Source: Candidatus Micrarchaeota archaeon (GTDB lineage: Archaea > Micrarchaeota > Micrarchaeia > Anstonellales > Bilamarchaeaceae). Taken from it: a stretch of 16,984 nt of DNA. The notes beneath the pieces are model-generated. The model was not told the origin of the DNA. It made no database searches and saw only the letters and a program-made list of their open reading frames with translations. The position numbers were made by a program, and so were the translations under genes. The stretch covers positions 1 through 16,984 of the forward strand of contig JAGVWJ010000038.1 in NCBI GenBank assembly GCA_018304385.1, written 5' to 3'. Below, in pieces: positions 1-9,023 of this stretch; the first letter of the stretch is position 1; the number at the start of each line of letters is the position of its first letter.

Positions 1-507
1 TGCGCCATTGATCAAGATCCTTTTTGGCGCATTCAGAGAGATATCGCAGAGGACTTGGGTTATAAAAAAACTGCTGCCATTCATAGTAAATTTGTACCTC
101 CGCTGCAGGGTATAACTGGGAAGATGAGCGCTTCGCAGGCAGAAACTGCAATATGGTTAAATGATGATGAAAAGGCAGTGAAAAATAAGATAATGAAATA
201 TGCATTCTCTGGCGGGCAGGCAACAATTGATGAGCACAGAAAACTTGGCGGGCGAACTGATGTGGACGTTGCATATCAATGGTTAAGTATTTTATTTGAA
301 GAAAAAGAAAAGAAACTAAGGCAGATACATGATGATTATGAATCAGGTAAATTACTTACTGGCGAGATTAAGCAGATATTGGTTGATAAAATAAATAACT
401 TCCTGAACGAGCACCGTGCGCAAAGAAAGAAAGCGGAAAAGTTAGTTGATAAATTTATGTATTCTGGAAAGTTAGCCAAAAATATGTGGGAAGCGAGATT
501 TGAATAG
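1..507 (+). CDS. trpS: Tryptophanyl-tRNA synthetase, archaeal/eukaryotic type, 5'-truncated by window edge
   Basis: Frame 1 is open from base 1: CAIDQDPFWRIQRD...KFVPPLQG...GKMSAS (AIDQ and KMSAS motifs), then YAFSGG and DVDVAYQWL of the anticodon domain. Confidence 0.96.
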   Translation, partial: CAIDQDPFWRIQRDIAEDLGYKKTAAIHSKFVPPLQGITGKMSASQAETAIWLNDDEKAVKNKIMKYAFSGGQATIDEHRKLGGRTDVDVAYQWLSILFEEKEKKLRQIHDDYESGKLLTGEIKQILVDKINNFLNEHRAQRKKAEKLVDKFMYSGKLAKNMWEARFE

Positions 508-549
508 TTACACATAAACATTATTAAACCAACTTTATATAGTTTAATT

Positions 550-1575
550 ATGCAACGTATAGATGAAGTGCCAGCTCTACGACTACCTTCACAAGTGCTG
601 CGACTCAGGCAACACCCTTTAATTGATAGGATAACTGATCATACATATGCCGTCAAAGGTGGATGGGCACGGACTTTTGTATTTTTACCAGACCCAAGAG
701 ATAAAAGATGCATTATAATCGATCCTGGTGTGAGTAATAGTATTGAAGCAGCTTATCGTGGTAGTATTACAAGAAGGCTTGCGCTGTTAAATGATATGTT
801 GCGAGGGAATGGGGAAATTGAAGCACTTCAGGAAAGAGCAAAACGCCTAGAATTCCTGAGAAGATTAAGGACAGATTTAGAACTTGTTGATTGGAAAGCT
901 GCTGACGATAGAGAATTATTCCTTGAGCGTGCTGCACAACTCGCTTCTGTTGTTGAAGAAACAGGCCTTACAGTAGATTTGATAATCGCCACACACCATC
1001 ATATTGATCATCTAGGTATTGGGGCAGCATTAAGGGATAGGTTAGGTGTGCAGGAAAAGGTCCTAATCCCAGACCCAGGAATATTTAATAGGGATAAGAG
1101 AAGAGGAGATTACCAAATAGAAAACACACCAGAGATGTATGCGCAGCTAGATCGAAGAAGCGAGAGTATGGGATTCAGTGTAATAGATATAAGTGGACAT
1201 ACTACAATGGTTGGGTTTTTACTTCTTGATGGGACACTAATAGTTGGAGATTTAATTGGAACAGAAAATATGTGGAAGCGAACTGTTATGTATATGGAAG
1301 ATGCTGAACGACACTTAAGATCATTGTTGACTGCTCTTGGCACTGATTTTAGGCGTATTGTATTAAGTCATGGTAAAGATTACAACTTAAATGTAGTTAA
1401 ATCGCGCGCACTTTTGAAAGTAAATATTGATAGGGTTTTTGCTGCGAGGCGTGCTGCAATGCGCAATGATCCAATTGAAGCTGCAGAAGAGTATTTAGGA
1501 ATTGATGGAAAGGTTGGAATAGCTGATATTGGCTATACTTTACTCACTGCGCAGCATATTGGTGCATACCATTGA
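550..1575 (+). CDS. MBL-fold metallo-hydrolase with a long helical insertion
   Basis: Motifs IIIDPG, THHHIDH (HxHxDH), SGHT, IVGDL and LSHG give a complete metallo-beta-lactamase metal-ligand set. Confidence 0.85.
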   Translation: MQRIDEVPALRLPSQVLRLRQHPLIDRITDHTYAVKGGWARTFVFLPDPRDKRCIIIDPGVSNSIEAAYRGSITRRLALLNDMLRGNGEIEALQERAKRLEFLRRLRTDLELVDWKAADDRELFLERAAQLASVVEETGLTVDLIIATHHHIDHLGIGAALRDRLGVQEKVLIPDPGIFNRDKRRGDYQIENTPEMYAQLDRRSESMGFSVIDISGHTTMVGFLLLDGTLIVGDLIGTENMWKRTVMYMEDAERHLRSLLTALGTDFRRIVLSHGKDYNLNVVKSRALLKVNIDRVFAARRAAMRNDPIEAAEEYLGIDGKVGIADIGYTLLTAQHIGAYH

Positions 1576-1583
1576 TTTATATA
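1576..1583 (+). promoter_or_regulatory. TATA box of acdB-acdA (probably leaderless transcript)
   Basis: TTTATATA followed by exactly 22 nt and then ATG 1606; no Shine-Dalgarno sequence in between. Confidence 0.6.
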
Positions 1584-1605
1584 AGTTATTTTCTATTTTT
1601 TAACA

Positions 1606-2235
1606 ATGACAATTATTGATGATTATAGACTTCTTGAGAGATATGGTTTCAAACTAATCCCTTATGGCCTAGCCAAGTCTATAGATGATGCGAAAAAACT
1701 TGCAAATAAAATAGGCTATCCAGTTGTAATGAAAATTATTTCGCCACAAGCATCACATAAAACAGAGATTGGTGGTGTCCGCGTTAATATAAAAAACGAA
1801 GGAATGTTAGAATTAACATACAAAGAATTTGAAGAGGTGGCTAGCTCACACAAGCTACGGCTAGATGGAATTCTTATTCAGAAAATGGCGCGAAAAGGAA
1901 TAGAGTTAATTGTTGGCGCAAAACGCGACGAGCAGTTCGGGCATTTAATTATACTTGGGCTTGGTGGCATTTATGTGGAAATATTCAAGGATATTTCTGC
2001 AAGGCTTTGCCCTATTAACGAAAGTGATATAGATGAAATGATCGATGAGCTTAAAAGTCATCCTGTAATAACTGGCGCACGCGGTAAAAAGGCGATTAAT
2101 ATCAATGAACTGAAAAGAATCATGTTAAATGTTTGTAAATTCGTTAGTAAAGAGGATATAAAAGAAATGGATTTGAATCCCATTGTTTTTGATGAAAAGG
2201 GTGGAGATATTATTGATGTACGATTTACCAAGTGA
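1606..2235 (+). CDS. acdB: Acetate--CoA ligase (ADP-forming) beta subunit, ATP-grasp
   Basis: GYPVVMKIISP..SHKTEIGGV, ELIVGAKRDEQFG, GLGGIYVEIFKD, EMDLNP; directly upstream of the alpha subunit. Confidence 0.92.
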   Translation: MTIIDDYRLLERYGFKLIPYGLAKSIDDAKKLANKIGYPVVMKIISPQASHKTEIGGVRVNIKNEGMLELTYKEFEEVASSHKLRLDGILIQKMARKGIELIVGAKRDEQFGHLIILGLGGIYVEIFKDISARLCPINESDIDEMIDELKSHPVITGARGKKAININELKRIMLNVCKFVSKEDIKEMDLNPIVFDEKGGDIIDVRFTK

Positions 2236-3635
2236 GCGTCATGGCTAGCAAAGAACAAATAAAAAACCTGAAATATGTTTTCGAACCAAGAAGCATTGCG
2301 CTGTTCGGTGCATCGCCCACGCCAAACAAGGTTAGTAATGTTATTTTAAAGACATTAATAGAAGGTGGATTCCCAGGAAAGCTATACCCAATAAATCCAA
2401 AATACCAAGAGATTGTCGGATTGAAATGTTATCCAGACCTTAATACAATAAAGAAACAAATTGACTGTGCAATTATTGCTACGCCAGCCGCAACTGTGCC
2501 TGAAATATTAAAGCAATGTGCTGTTTGGAAAGTTAGGGGAGTTGTTTTGATAACTGCTGGTTTTAGCGAAGCAGGAGAAGAGGGAAAAAAATTAGAAGAT
2601 GAAATTAGAGATATTTGTAATAAGAATAATATTAGTTTAATTGGGCCGAATTGTTTGGGAGTCCATAACCCTGCTACGCGTATTGATAGTATTTTCTTGC
2701 CGATTTATAAGCTGCAGAGACCTAAGCCTGGTAATATCGCATTCATAACGCAAAGCGGTGCAATAGGGTCAACCATTGTTGACCTAGCAGCGTATAATGG
2801 AATTGGGATTTCAAAGTTCGTGTCTTATGGAAATGCGGCAGTTATTGATGAAGTAGATTTGTTAGAATATTTGGAAAACGACCCTAAGACAAAAACTATT
2901 GTTGCGTATATTGAGGGCGCGAAAAACGGTAGACGACTATATGAGGCAATGAAGAGAATAAATAAAAAGAAACCAATTATTGCATTAAAGGCAGGAAAAT
3001 TTGCACGAAGCGGAGAGGCAGCGAAGAGCCATACAGGAAACATAGCAGGTAGTTATCTTGCTTATAAGGCTGCGTTCAAGCAGGCAAAGGTAGTGGAGGC
3101 AGATAGCATTGAAGATCTTTTTGATTTTATGAAGATATTCTCCCAACCAATGCCAAAAGGAAATCGGGTTGCAATAGTAACTAATGGTGGGGGTATGGGC
3201 GTGCTGACTGCGGATGCAGTTGAATTAAACGAATTGCAGTTTGCAAACTTTTCCGAAGAAACAAAAGTGGGGTTAAAAAAGATCTTACCTGATTTTGGTA
3301 ATGTTGGAAACCCGTTGGATTTAATTGCAGAAGCAGATGCAGATAAATACGCGAGTGCTTTAGATTTTTTTATGCAAGATGATAACGTAGATGTTATACT
3401 TGTCATTGCACTTTTGCAAACACCACCAATGGATGAACGAGTATTAAATGTTCTAATTAGGGTAAGCGACGAGCGAAAAAAGCCAATAGCTGTTATTAGT
3501 TTGGGTGGAGAGTATACAGAAAATTATCAAAGGCACTTGAATATGTATGATGTACCAAGCTACTCCTCGCCAAATGCTGCGGTTCGAACTATGAAAAAAC
3601 TCATAGAATATGCTAATTATAGAAGAGGGCTCTAG
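2232..3635 (+). CDS. acdA: Acetate--CoA ligase (ADP-forming) alpha subunit
   Basis: FEPRSIALFGAS (CoA-binding), IGPNCLG, TQSGA, SYGN, LKAGK..AAKSHTG (phospho-His), TNGGG, NPLDL. GTG start overlaps the acdB TGA (GTGA); alternative ATG at 2241. Confidence 0.93.
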   Translation: MSVMASKEQIKNLKYVFEPRSIALFGASPTPNKVSNVILKTLIEGGFPGKLYPINPKYQEIVGLKCYPDLNTIKKQIDCAIIATPAATVPEILKQCAVWKVRGVVLITAGFSEAGEEGKKLEDEIRDICNKNNISLIGPNCLGVHNPATRIDSIFLPIYKLQRPKPGNIAFITQSGAIGSTIVDLAAYNGIGISKFVSYGNAAVIDEVDLLEYLENDPKTKTIVAYIEGAKNGRRLYEAMKRINKKKPIIALKAGKFARSGEAAKSHTGNIAGSYLAYKAAFKQAKVVEADSIEDLFDFMKIFSQPMPKGNRVAIVTNGGGMGVLTADAVELNELQFANFSEETKVGLKKILPDFGNVGNPLDLIAEADADKYASALDFFMQDDNVDVILVIALLQTPPMDERVLNVLIRVSDERKKPIAVISLGGEYTENYQRHLNMYDVPSYSSPNAAVRTMKKLIEYANYRRGL

Positions 3636-3676
3636 AGGGCATAATTCAACTATTAATTTTAATTATTAATGAAAAT

Positions 3677-3722
3677 TGTTTATTGTTGTTATGTAACTAT
3701 AGTTACATGATAGTAAAGAATA
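3677..3722 (+). terminator. Long hairpin in the convergent acdA/pheT gap (terminator or structured 3' UTR)
   Basis: Perfect 18-bp palindrome ATGTAACTATAGTTACAT (3691-3708). On the + strand it extends by 14 positions (3677-3690 with 3709-3722), 13 of which pair, 6 as G.U. Confidence 0.45.
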
Positions 3723-3767
3723 TAGTAATATAAAAAAGTTAATTATTACTTGAAGTATAGGCCCTAT

Positions 3768-5348
3768 CTAAAATGTAAATTCTCCTAAGAAAACGTCATA
3801 ATCTTCTAACAAAAACTTCCTTAAAACATCCTTATTTACTTTGCCAAAAACACCATGGTTTCTTCCTTTATTAAAAACAATACTGCTCACTTCTTTATCA
3901 AAAAGGTTGTTTGGTTGCTTTCTTAACTCTAATTGCATTCCTAATTCAGTGAACAGTGTTTGTAAGTACCCACGCACAACAGAAAAGTCAACGTCCTTAC
4001 CCATAACCCCGAAAATAAATCTTCTCTCTAATTTATCTACATACACATTCCCAATCTCGTATAGATTTTGCGGCAAACCGCGCATCTTGTTTAATGCAAA
4101 TGCCTCCAACATGCTAGTAATCAAGTTAGGTCGCAGGACGGTGTATTCTGTCGTCACCGGGTTACTTATCTCCTCTAAATTTGCATTTGGTTCAACCACT
4201 GCCACCTTTTCCTTATTTGTTAATATGAAGTTTTTTAATTCAATAAACCCCATATTTCTCATAACTTCATCTATTCGATCATAATTCTCAAGTACTTCAC
4301 CTTTTGTAAAAAAGTTCGGTAAGCTGGGTTCGAAGCTGTTATACCCATAAACAATTGCAATATCCTCAACTATATCAACAAAATGCATGACGTCTGCACG
4401 GTATCTTGGAATTACTATATAATCGCCATCAATCCCATACCCCATTCTTTTCAAACTTCTAACCACATCACTCTTATTAAACTTCACACCAAGAATTTTA
4501 TCTAAAAAATCCAAATCTAATTTCATTTTTCTATCTTTCATGTCTAGCGATTCAAACTTCTTATCTGGATAATGCATTTGCACAGAATAAGCAGTTCCAC
4601 CCATGTCAATTAATGTTGTGATTACTATATTCAATGCTTGGGTTACTGCGTTCATATCATTCCCAGTTACTTCTACGAATAAACTATTTGTATTGTCATT
4701 TATCATTCCTAATTCTTCAGAATTAACTATAGGTATAAGTACAAGTACCTTGCCTGCAGAGTCAATATACAGTGGATATTTTTCCAAATGCTTAATTAGA
4801 TGCCCGTGTTCCCAACCCTTTGCATGTTTTTCTAAGATTTCCTTGGCATTTGCGACCTTAGGATAGTTTAATGGTTTGTATATAATTTTTTCTGGTTCCA
4901 TTGTAGTGTATTTCACTGGAAACGTAATCTTATTAAGATCAAAAAAACCCAAACCAAATTTCCTTGTCTTTCTCCCGAGCGTTAACATTAATTTCTCTTG
5001 GAGTTGTAATAAATCTTCTACTTTTTCATCAGTTAATTTCAAATCAGTTACAACTGCGCATAATGAGCACGGGCGGATATTTTTTACAGATTTATCAACT
5101 ATAACAACATAGTTTCCTTTTTTTATTTTATATTCTTTCAAACCAGTTTCCTTTCCTAAATACGATTGCATTGCACGAAACATTCCATACTTTGAAAACC
5201 AGTCTGGTCTATTTGGTGATAGTTCTGAAGCGATCTTACCAGCTATCTCTTCTGTTGGCGCGCCTAAATTATTTAGTGTTTCAATGAACTTTTCCTTAGA
5301 AATCCCGAGTTCTTTAACATCATCTAATGTAAAAGTAACAACTACCAT
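3768..5348 (-). CDS. pheT: Phenylalanyl-tRNA synthetase beta subunit (archaeal type)
   Basis: SPNRPDWFS, B3/4 domain (LIPIVNS..LFVEVTG), PRYRADVMHFVDIVEDIAIVYGYN, NPVTTEYTVLRPNL, LYEIG. ATG 5348 is preferred over the GTG at 5369, which lies inside purF. Confidence 0.95.
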   Translation of the reverse strand: MVVVTFTLDDVKELGISKEKFIETLNNLGAPTEEIAGKIASELSPNRPDWFSKYGMFRAMQSYLGKETGLKEYKIKKGNYVVIVDKSVKNIRPCSLCAVVTDLKLTDEKVEDLLQLQEKLMLTLGRKTRKFGLGFFDLNKITFPVKYTTMEPEKIIYKPLNYPKVANAKEILEKHAKGWEHGHLIKHLEKYPLYIDSAGKVLVLIPIVNSEELGMINDNTNSLFVEVTGNDMNAVTQALNIVITTLIDMGGTAYSVQMHYPDKKFESLDMKDRKMKLDLDFLDKILGVKFNKSDVVRSLKRMGYGIDGDYIVIPRYRADVMHFVDIVEDIAIVYGYNSFEPSLPNFFTKGEVLENYDRIDEVMRNMGFIELKNFILTNKEKVAVVEPNANLEEISNPVTTEYTVLRPNLITSMLEAFALNKMRGLPQNLYEIGNVYVDKLERRFIFGVMGKDVDFSVVRGYLQTLFTELGMQLELRKQPNNLFDKEVSSIVFNKGRNHGVFGKVNKDVLRKFLLEDYDVFLGEFTF

Positions 5349-5361
5349 ACTATCATCAACC

Positions 5362-6741
5362 TTACCCACACTTTAATTCATCATCTCTTTTTTCTTTAGC
5401 TAGCTTTTTCGCATATGGTGTAATATAATCTTCGTTCAAGCAGCCTGTGCAAACAGGCAGGCCAATTACTTTCTTCAAACCTTCAATGCTTAAGTATCCG
5501 AGCGTCTCAACACCTAAATACCTTCTAATCTCCTCAACACCCTTATTGCTTGCAATTAATTCTTTATATGTTGCCATATCCACTCCATAGAAACATGGCG
5601 CTTTGATTGGCGGGCACGTAATGCGTAAATGCACCTCTTTCGCACCCGCATTACGTACGAGCTTTACAATTTCACGCAATGTTGTGCCGCGCACAATACT
5701 ATCATCAATAAGTACCACGCGTTTATTAGCAATAATACTTTTTACTGGATTTAATTTTAATCTTACTGCTTCTGCACGTTTATCTGGTGATGGCATGATA
5801 AATGTTCTGCCAACATACCTATTTTTTATTAAACCCTCTTCCATTTGGATGCTGCTAATGCGTGAAAATGCATCCGCAGCAGATCGTGCAGTGTCAGGTA
5901 TTGGAACAACTACATCCGCGCTCACAGGATGTTCTTTAGCAAGTTGCTCGCCCAAGCGCTTTCGTACTTCCAACACACTAAGTTTATTTATTATTGAATC
6001 TGGCCTTGCAAAATAAACATACTCAAACATACAATGCCTGCGCACTCCTGAAGAAACACTTTTCTTTACAATCTTATTATTTTTTATTGTAGCGTACTCG
6101 CCAGCCTCAACATCCCCTACATACTCAATATTATTTATGTCAAGCGCGCAACTCTCGCTTGCAAAACAAATAAAATCCTCACTCTCTCCATAAACCAATT
6201 GTCTGATTGCATGCGGATCGCGAAACGCAACAAGCTCATTATTGATAATTGCCACATTAGAATAAGCGCCATCAACCTTTTCCATAACATATTTTAGTGC
6301 AGCTTCTAATCCTATCTCCATCTTCTTTTTCAATAATATTGCGATGATTTCAGAATCCGCAGTACCCTTAAGCTTAATCCCATCATCCTCTAATTCTTTT
6401 TTTATTACATTATAATTGGATACATGGCCGTTATGCGCAATTGCGATATCTTCATACACAAATGGTTGGACTTCTGCCATAGTTATAAGCCCGCTAGTAG
6501 GATAGCGCGTGTGGCCTATACCAAAACTTCCTTTTATCTCAAGATCATCTTGTTTAAATGCTTCGCTAACCAAACCAAGATTTTTTTTAAGCTCGATTTT
6601 TTTATTAAAAACAGCAATACCAGCAGCGTCTTGTCCGCGATGTTGCAATGCAATTAGCGCGTTATATATTAATGGTGCTACATCCTTGCCTTTCTTAGAA
6701 TAAATAGCAACTATCCCGCATTCCTCGCGTTTTTCTTCCAT
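5362..6741 (-). CDS. purF: Amidophosphoribosyltransferase
   Basis: Propeptide + EECG (catalytic Cys), LQHRGQD, GHTRY, AHNG, CMFEYVYFARPDS, VLIDDSIVRGTT (PRPP site), CFYGVD, CTGC (Fe-S cysteines). Confidence 0.97.
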   Translation of the reverse strand: MEEKREECGIVAIYSKKGKDVAPLIYNALIALQHRGQDAAGIAVFNKKIELKKNLGLVSEAFKQDDLEIKGSFGIGHTRYPTSGLITMAEVQPFVYEDIAIAHNGHVSNYNVIKKELEDDGIKLKGTADSEIIAILLKKKMEIGLEAALKYVMEKVDGAYSNVAIINNELVAFRDPHAIRQLVYGESEDFICFASESCALDINNIEYVGDVEAGEYATIKNNKIVKKSVSSGVRRHCMFEYVYFARPDSIINKLSVLEVRKRLGEQLAKEHPVSADVVVPIPDTARSAADAFSRISSIQMEEGLIKNRYVGRTFIMPSPDKRAEAVRLKLNPVKSIIANKRVVLIDDSIVRGTTLREIVKLVRNAGAKEVHLRITCPPIKAPCFYGVDMATYKELIASNKGVEEIRRYLGVETLGYLSIEGLKKVIGLPVCTGCLNEDYITPYAKKLAKEKRDDELKCG

Positions 6742-6875
6742 AAGTACTATTGATGATTATTATTTAAAAACAATGAGCAGAATCCCCATAAGGGGTTGTA
6801 GGTGTTACGCCCCTTTAAATACCTTCATTGTATATTAGTTATTATAAACGACCAGTTGTAGGAGAGGTAGATGCA

Positions 6876-7376
6876 ATGTTACGAAATGCTCAGCCCAGGT
6901 TATCTCAGTGGGAATTAAAAACAATAGAAATGAGGGGTCAAACAAAGACAATAAAAAGAATTTTAATTGTTGATGACTCACCAATTTTTGCAAGAATGTT
7001 CAGAACAGTATTAGTAGCAGCAGGCTTTGATGTCACTGTTGAAACAGATTCTAGGCGAGCGCTAGCTGCAGTAATTGCGGCGCGTGAATCAGACCAACCT
7101 TTCAATCTCATAATCTCTGATAAATGTATGCCACACATTGATGGGCCAACATTACTTGCAGGCCTGCGCAGAGATTTTCGTGACATGAAAACAATTATTA
7201 CTTCCACTAGTGTAAAATCTGGTGACGCTACTCCATTTGCAGATCTTGCAGTAGGTAAATCAATGGATATTGGAACGATGTTTATTGATATTTTGTGTGC
7301 AGTAGAATTTCTAAATAATATTGCAGAGATACAAAAAAAGAAACCTCTGATAGAACCAATTCAACCAAGTGCATAA
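6876..7376 (+). CDS. Stand-alone response-regulator receiver (REC) protein
   Basis: ILIVDDS (acid pocket), LIISDKCMP (phospho-Asp), IITS, and the conserved Lys in AVGKS. ATG 6876 follows SD-like GGAGAGG (6861-6867); the ORF-track start is TTG 6828. Confidence 0.85.
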   Translation: MLRNAQPRLSQWELKTIEMRGQTKTIKRILIVDDSPIFARMFRTVLVAAGFDVTVETDSRRALAAVIAARESDQPFNLIISDKCMPHIDGPTLLAGLRRDFRDMKTIITSTSVKSGDATPFADLAVGKSMDIGTMFIDILCAVEFLNNIAEIQKKKPLIEPIQPSA

Positions 7377-7408
7377 TTTACATCAATTAGGAAAGTAGCG
7401 TAATCTTC

Positions 7409-8971
7409 TTATATCGTTATTTGGAGTTTGCCTTGCGTATTCAAATATTCAACACACACATTAATTGCCTTTCCAATTTGTGCACTAGTCATTTCATTAT
7501 TTGGTAAGTAAAACACATCATGGCCTACTCTTACTGGATCAGTTGCATCACTAAAGAATATCGCATTTCTTTCTTTATGCAATCTTACACTAAATCCCGC
7601 GCACGTTAGTAAATCATATAGTTCTGCTTTATTTGTTGGTACGCCACTTCTCAATGTTTTTAGTGCATTTGAAGTATCAATATTACTAACTACCTTACCA
7701 TTTGGTTTTCCATTAGTTAATAAAACATCATCCCAAGTAGCTTCGCTGAGTTGTTTCAATATCCAACCATTACTTTTTAGAAAATCTCTTATTCTCTCAT
7801 GGTTTTCAAGAATTTCTGCTAACGCCTTATTCGTATGACTAAATCTCTCTTTTATCAAACATAATATTCGTTCTACAAACTCTTGCCTAACTGTTTTTGA
7901 AAGCGCAGCTTGTATTTCTGTAAAAACAACAGCTGCTCTTTCAGTTCTTTCTTGCCCTAAACGTGCTCGTTCTTCCTCTTTTCTAGCCCTTTCTTCAGGT
8001 GTAGGTTCTATTGGCGGCGTTATTACTCTTTCTCTTGGCTTAACTGATGCAGTACCATTTGTTGGCATTGATGCAGCATGTACTGGCGCAGTTTTAATCC
8101 TAGGCCTCTCTTTTCTTTCCATATCCTTTCGTTTTCTTCTTTCCCTACGTATCTCTGATACAATTGGTTGACCAAAGATTAACCCAGCAAGAATTAATCC
8201 ACCCCAAAAACCATTTCCTAATCCAGCGTAAGCTATGCTGCCAGGCTCATAAAACTGCCCAGTTAGTGCTTCTTGGTGTGCAGCAGCAACCATCCTCTCG
8301 CTTTCAATCCATTCAATATTTTCTATTAAGTTTCGTACAAGTTCTTCTAATTTATCATCAAAAATTTTATCTCCATCCAACACTGCACCCATACTAGAGA
8401 TTCTTTTATTGTATGCATCTACATCATTTAACAATTTTGTAATTGCAGCACATGGATCACAATCTTCAACCTCGCTGCCCCTTGATTCAGGAAGTGGTTC
8501 TGCTATTTTTTTCTCATATTCAGCATCCAATCTTTCAGATGCCTGATTCCTAGTTTCTCTCAATAATTGTAACCATACTAAAATCCTCACATTCTTTTCT
8601 AACTCACTGTTTCTAATCAATTCATATTGCGTCGAGCTTAAGTTTTCAGATGAAAATCTTAACCCACTTTCTTGAAAAATTTGATAAAGCCTAAAAACAA
8701 GCGCATGCGCAGCATTTTTATAAGTCTCTGTAGTTATTGGCCCTTCTTTAACAAGCGTTAACGGGTCTTGATTGGCATGCTCTTTTTGATGTCCATCAAT
8801 TCTTTCTATTTGACCTTCAATTCTTCTAAAATGATCTCTAATATCCCTTTGCGTAATAAGCAACAAACCAAGCCCGCCAACTGCAGTCGATAGAAGTATT
8901 GTTGCACCTGCCCTTTTCATATTTCTTTTAGCATTATCAGTAACTCCTAATGATTTGAAGCCAAGTTCCAT
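7409..8971 (-). CDS. Two-TM receptor-like membrane protein of unknown function
   Basis: 520-aa ORF. Hydrophobic segments at aa 21-39 and ~246-271 are followed by RRERRKRK; they enclose a ~205-aa helical loop, followed by a ~250-aa tail. Has its own TATA box. Confidence 0.7.
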   Translation of the reverse strand: MELGFKSLGVTDNAKRNMKRAGATILLSTAVGGLGLLLITQRDIRDHFRRIEGQIERIDGHQKEHANQDPLTLVKEGPITTETYKNAAHALVFRLYQIFQESGLRFSSENLSSTQYELIRNSELEKNVRILVWLQLLRETRNQASERLDAEYEKKIAEPLPESRGSEVEDCDPCAAITKLLNDVDAYNKRISSMGAVLDGDKIFDDKLEELVRNLIENIEWIESERMVAAAHQEALTGQFYEPGSIAYAGLGNGFWGGLILAGLIFGQPIVSEIRRERRKRKDMERKERPRIKTAPVHAASMPTNGTASVKPRERVITPPIEPTPEERARKEEERARLGQERTERAAVVFTEIQAALSKTVRQEFVERILCLIKERFSHTNKALAEILENHERIRDFLKSNGWILKQLSEATWDDVLLTNGKPNGKVVSNIDTSNALKTLRSGVPTNKAELYDLLTCAGFSVRLHKERNAIFFSDATDPVRVGHDVFYLPNNEMTSAQIGKAINVCVEYLNTQGKLQITI

Positions 8972-8993
8972 ATATCTATATTAATACCCACCC

Positions 8994-9001
8994 TTTATAA
9001 A
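8994..9001. promoter_or_regulatory. Palindromic bidirectional TATA box
   Basis: TTTATAAA lies exactly 22 nt from ATG 8971 (- strand) and exactly 22 nt from ATG 9024 (+ strand). Confidence 0.65.
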
Positions 9002-9023
9002 TATTTGTAACATAAATACCTTT

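Noticed and set aside
1606-3635. Split acdB-acdA operon as something unusual
   Set aside because: Separate alpha and beta ACD genes are ordinary in archaea and all catalytic motifs are present.
3669-3710. 13-codon ORF MKIVYCCYVTIVT in the acdA/pheT gap
   Set aside because: Very short, no SD or correctly spaced TATA box; better explained as a by-product of the hairpin sequence.
6769-6780. AACAATGAGCAG matching the heptamer array at 10592-10617
   Set aside because: A single unit with no tandem or inverted partner, and no TATA box at 22 nt; AACAATGA also occurs at the acdB start, so it is not diagnostic.
507-9011. Further copies of the dyad: GTTACA at 507-512 and TGTAAC at 9006-9011, plus coding-region hits near 5047, 8568, 10967 and 14277
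   Set aside because: Half-sites only, with no matching partner arm at 4-nt spacing; expected by chance in AT-rich DNA.
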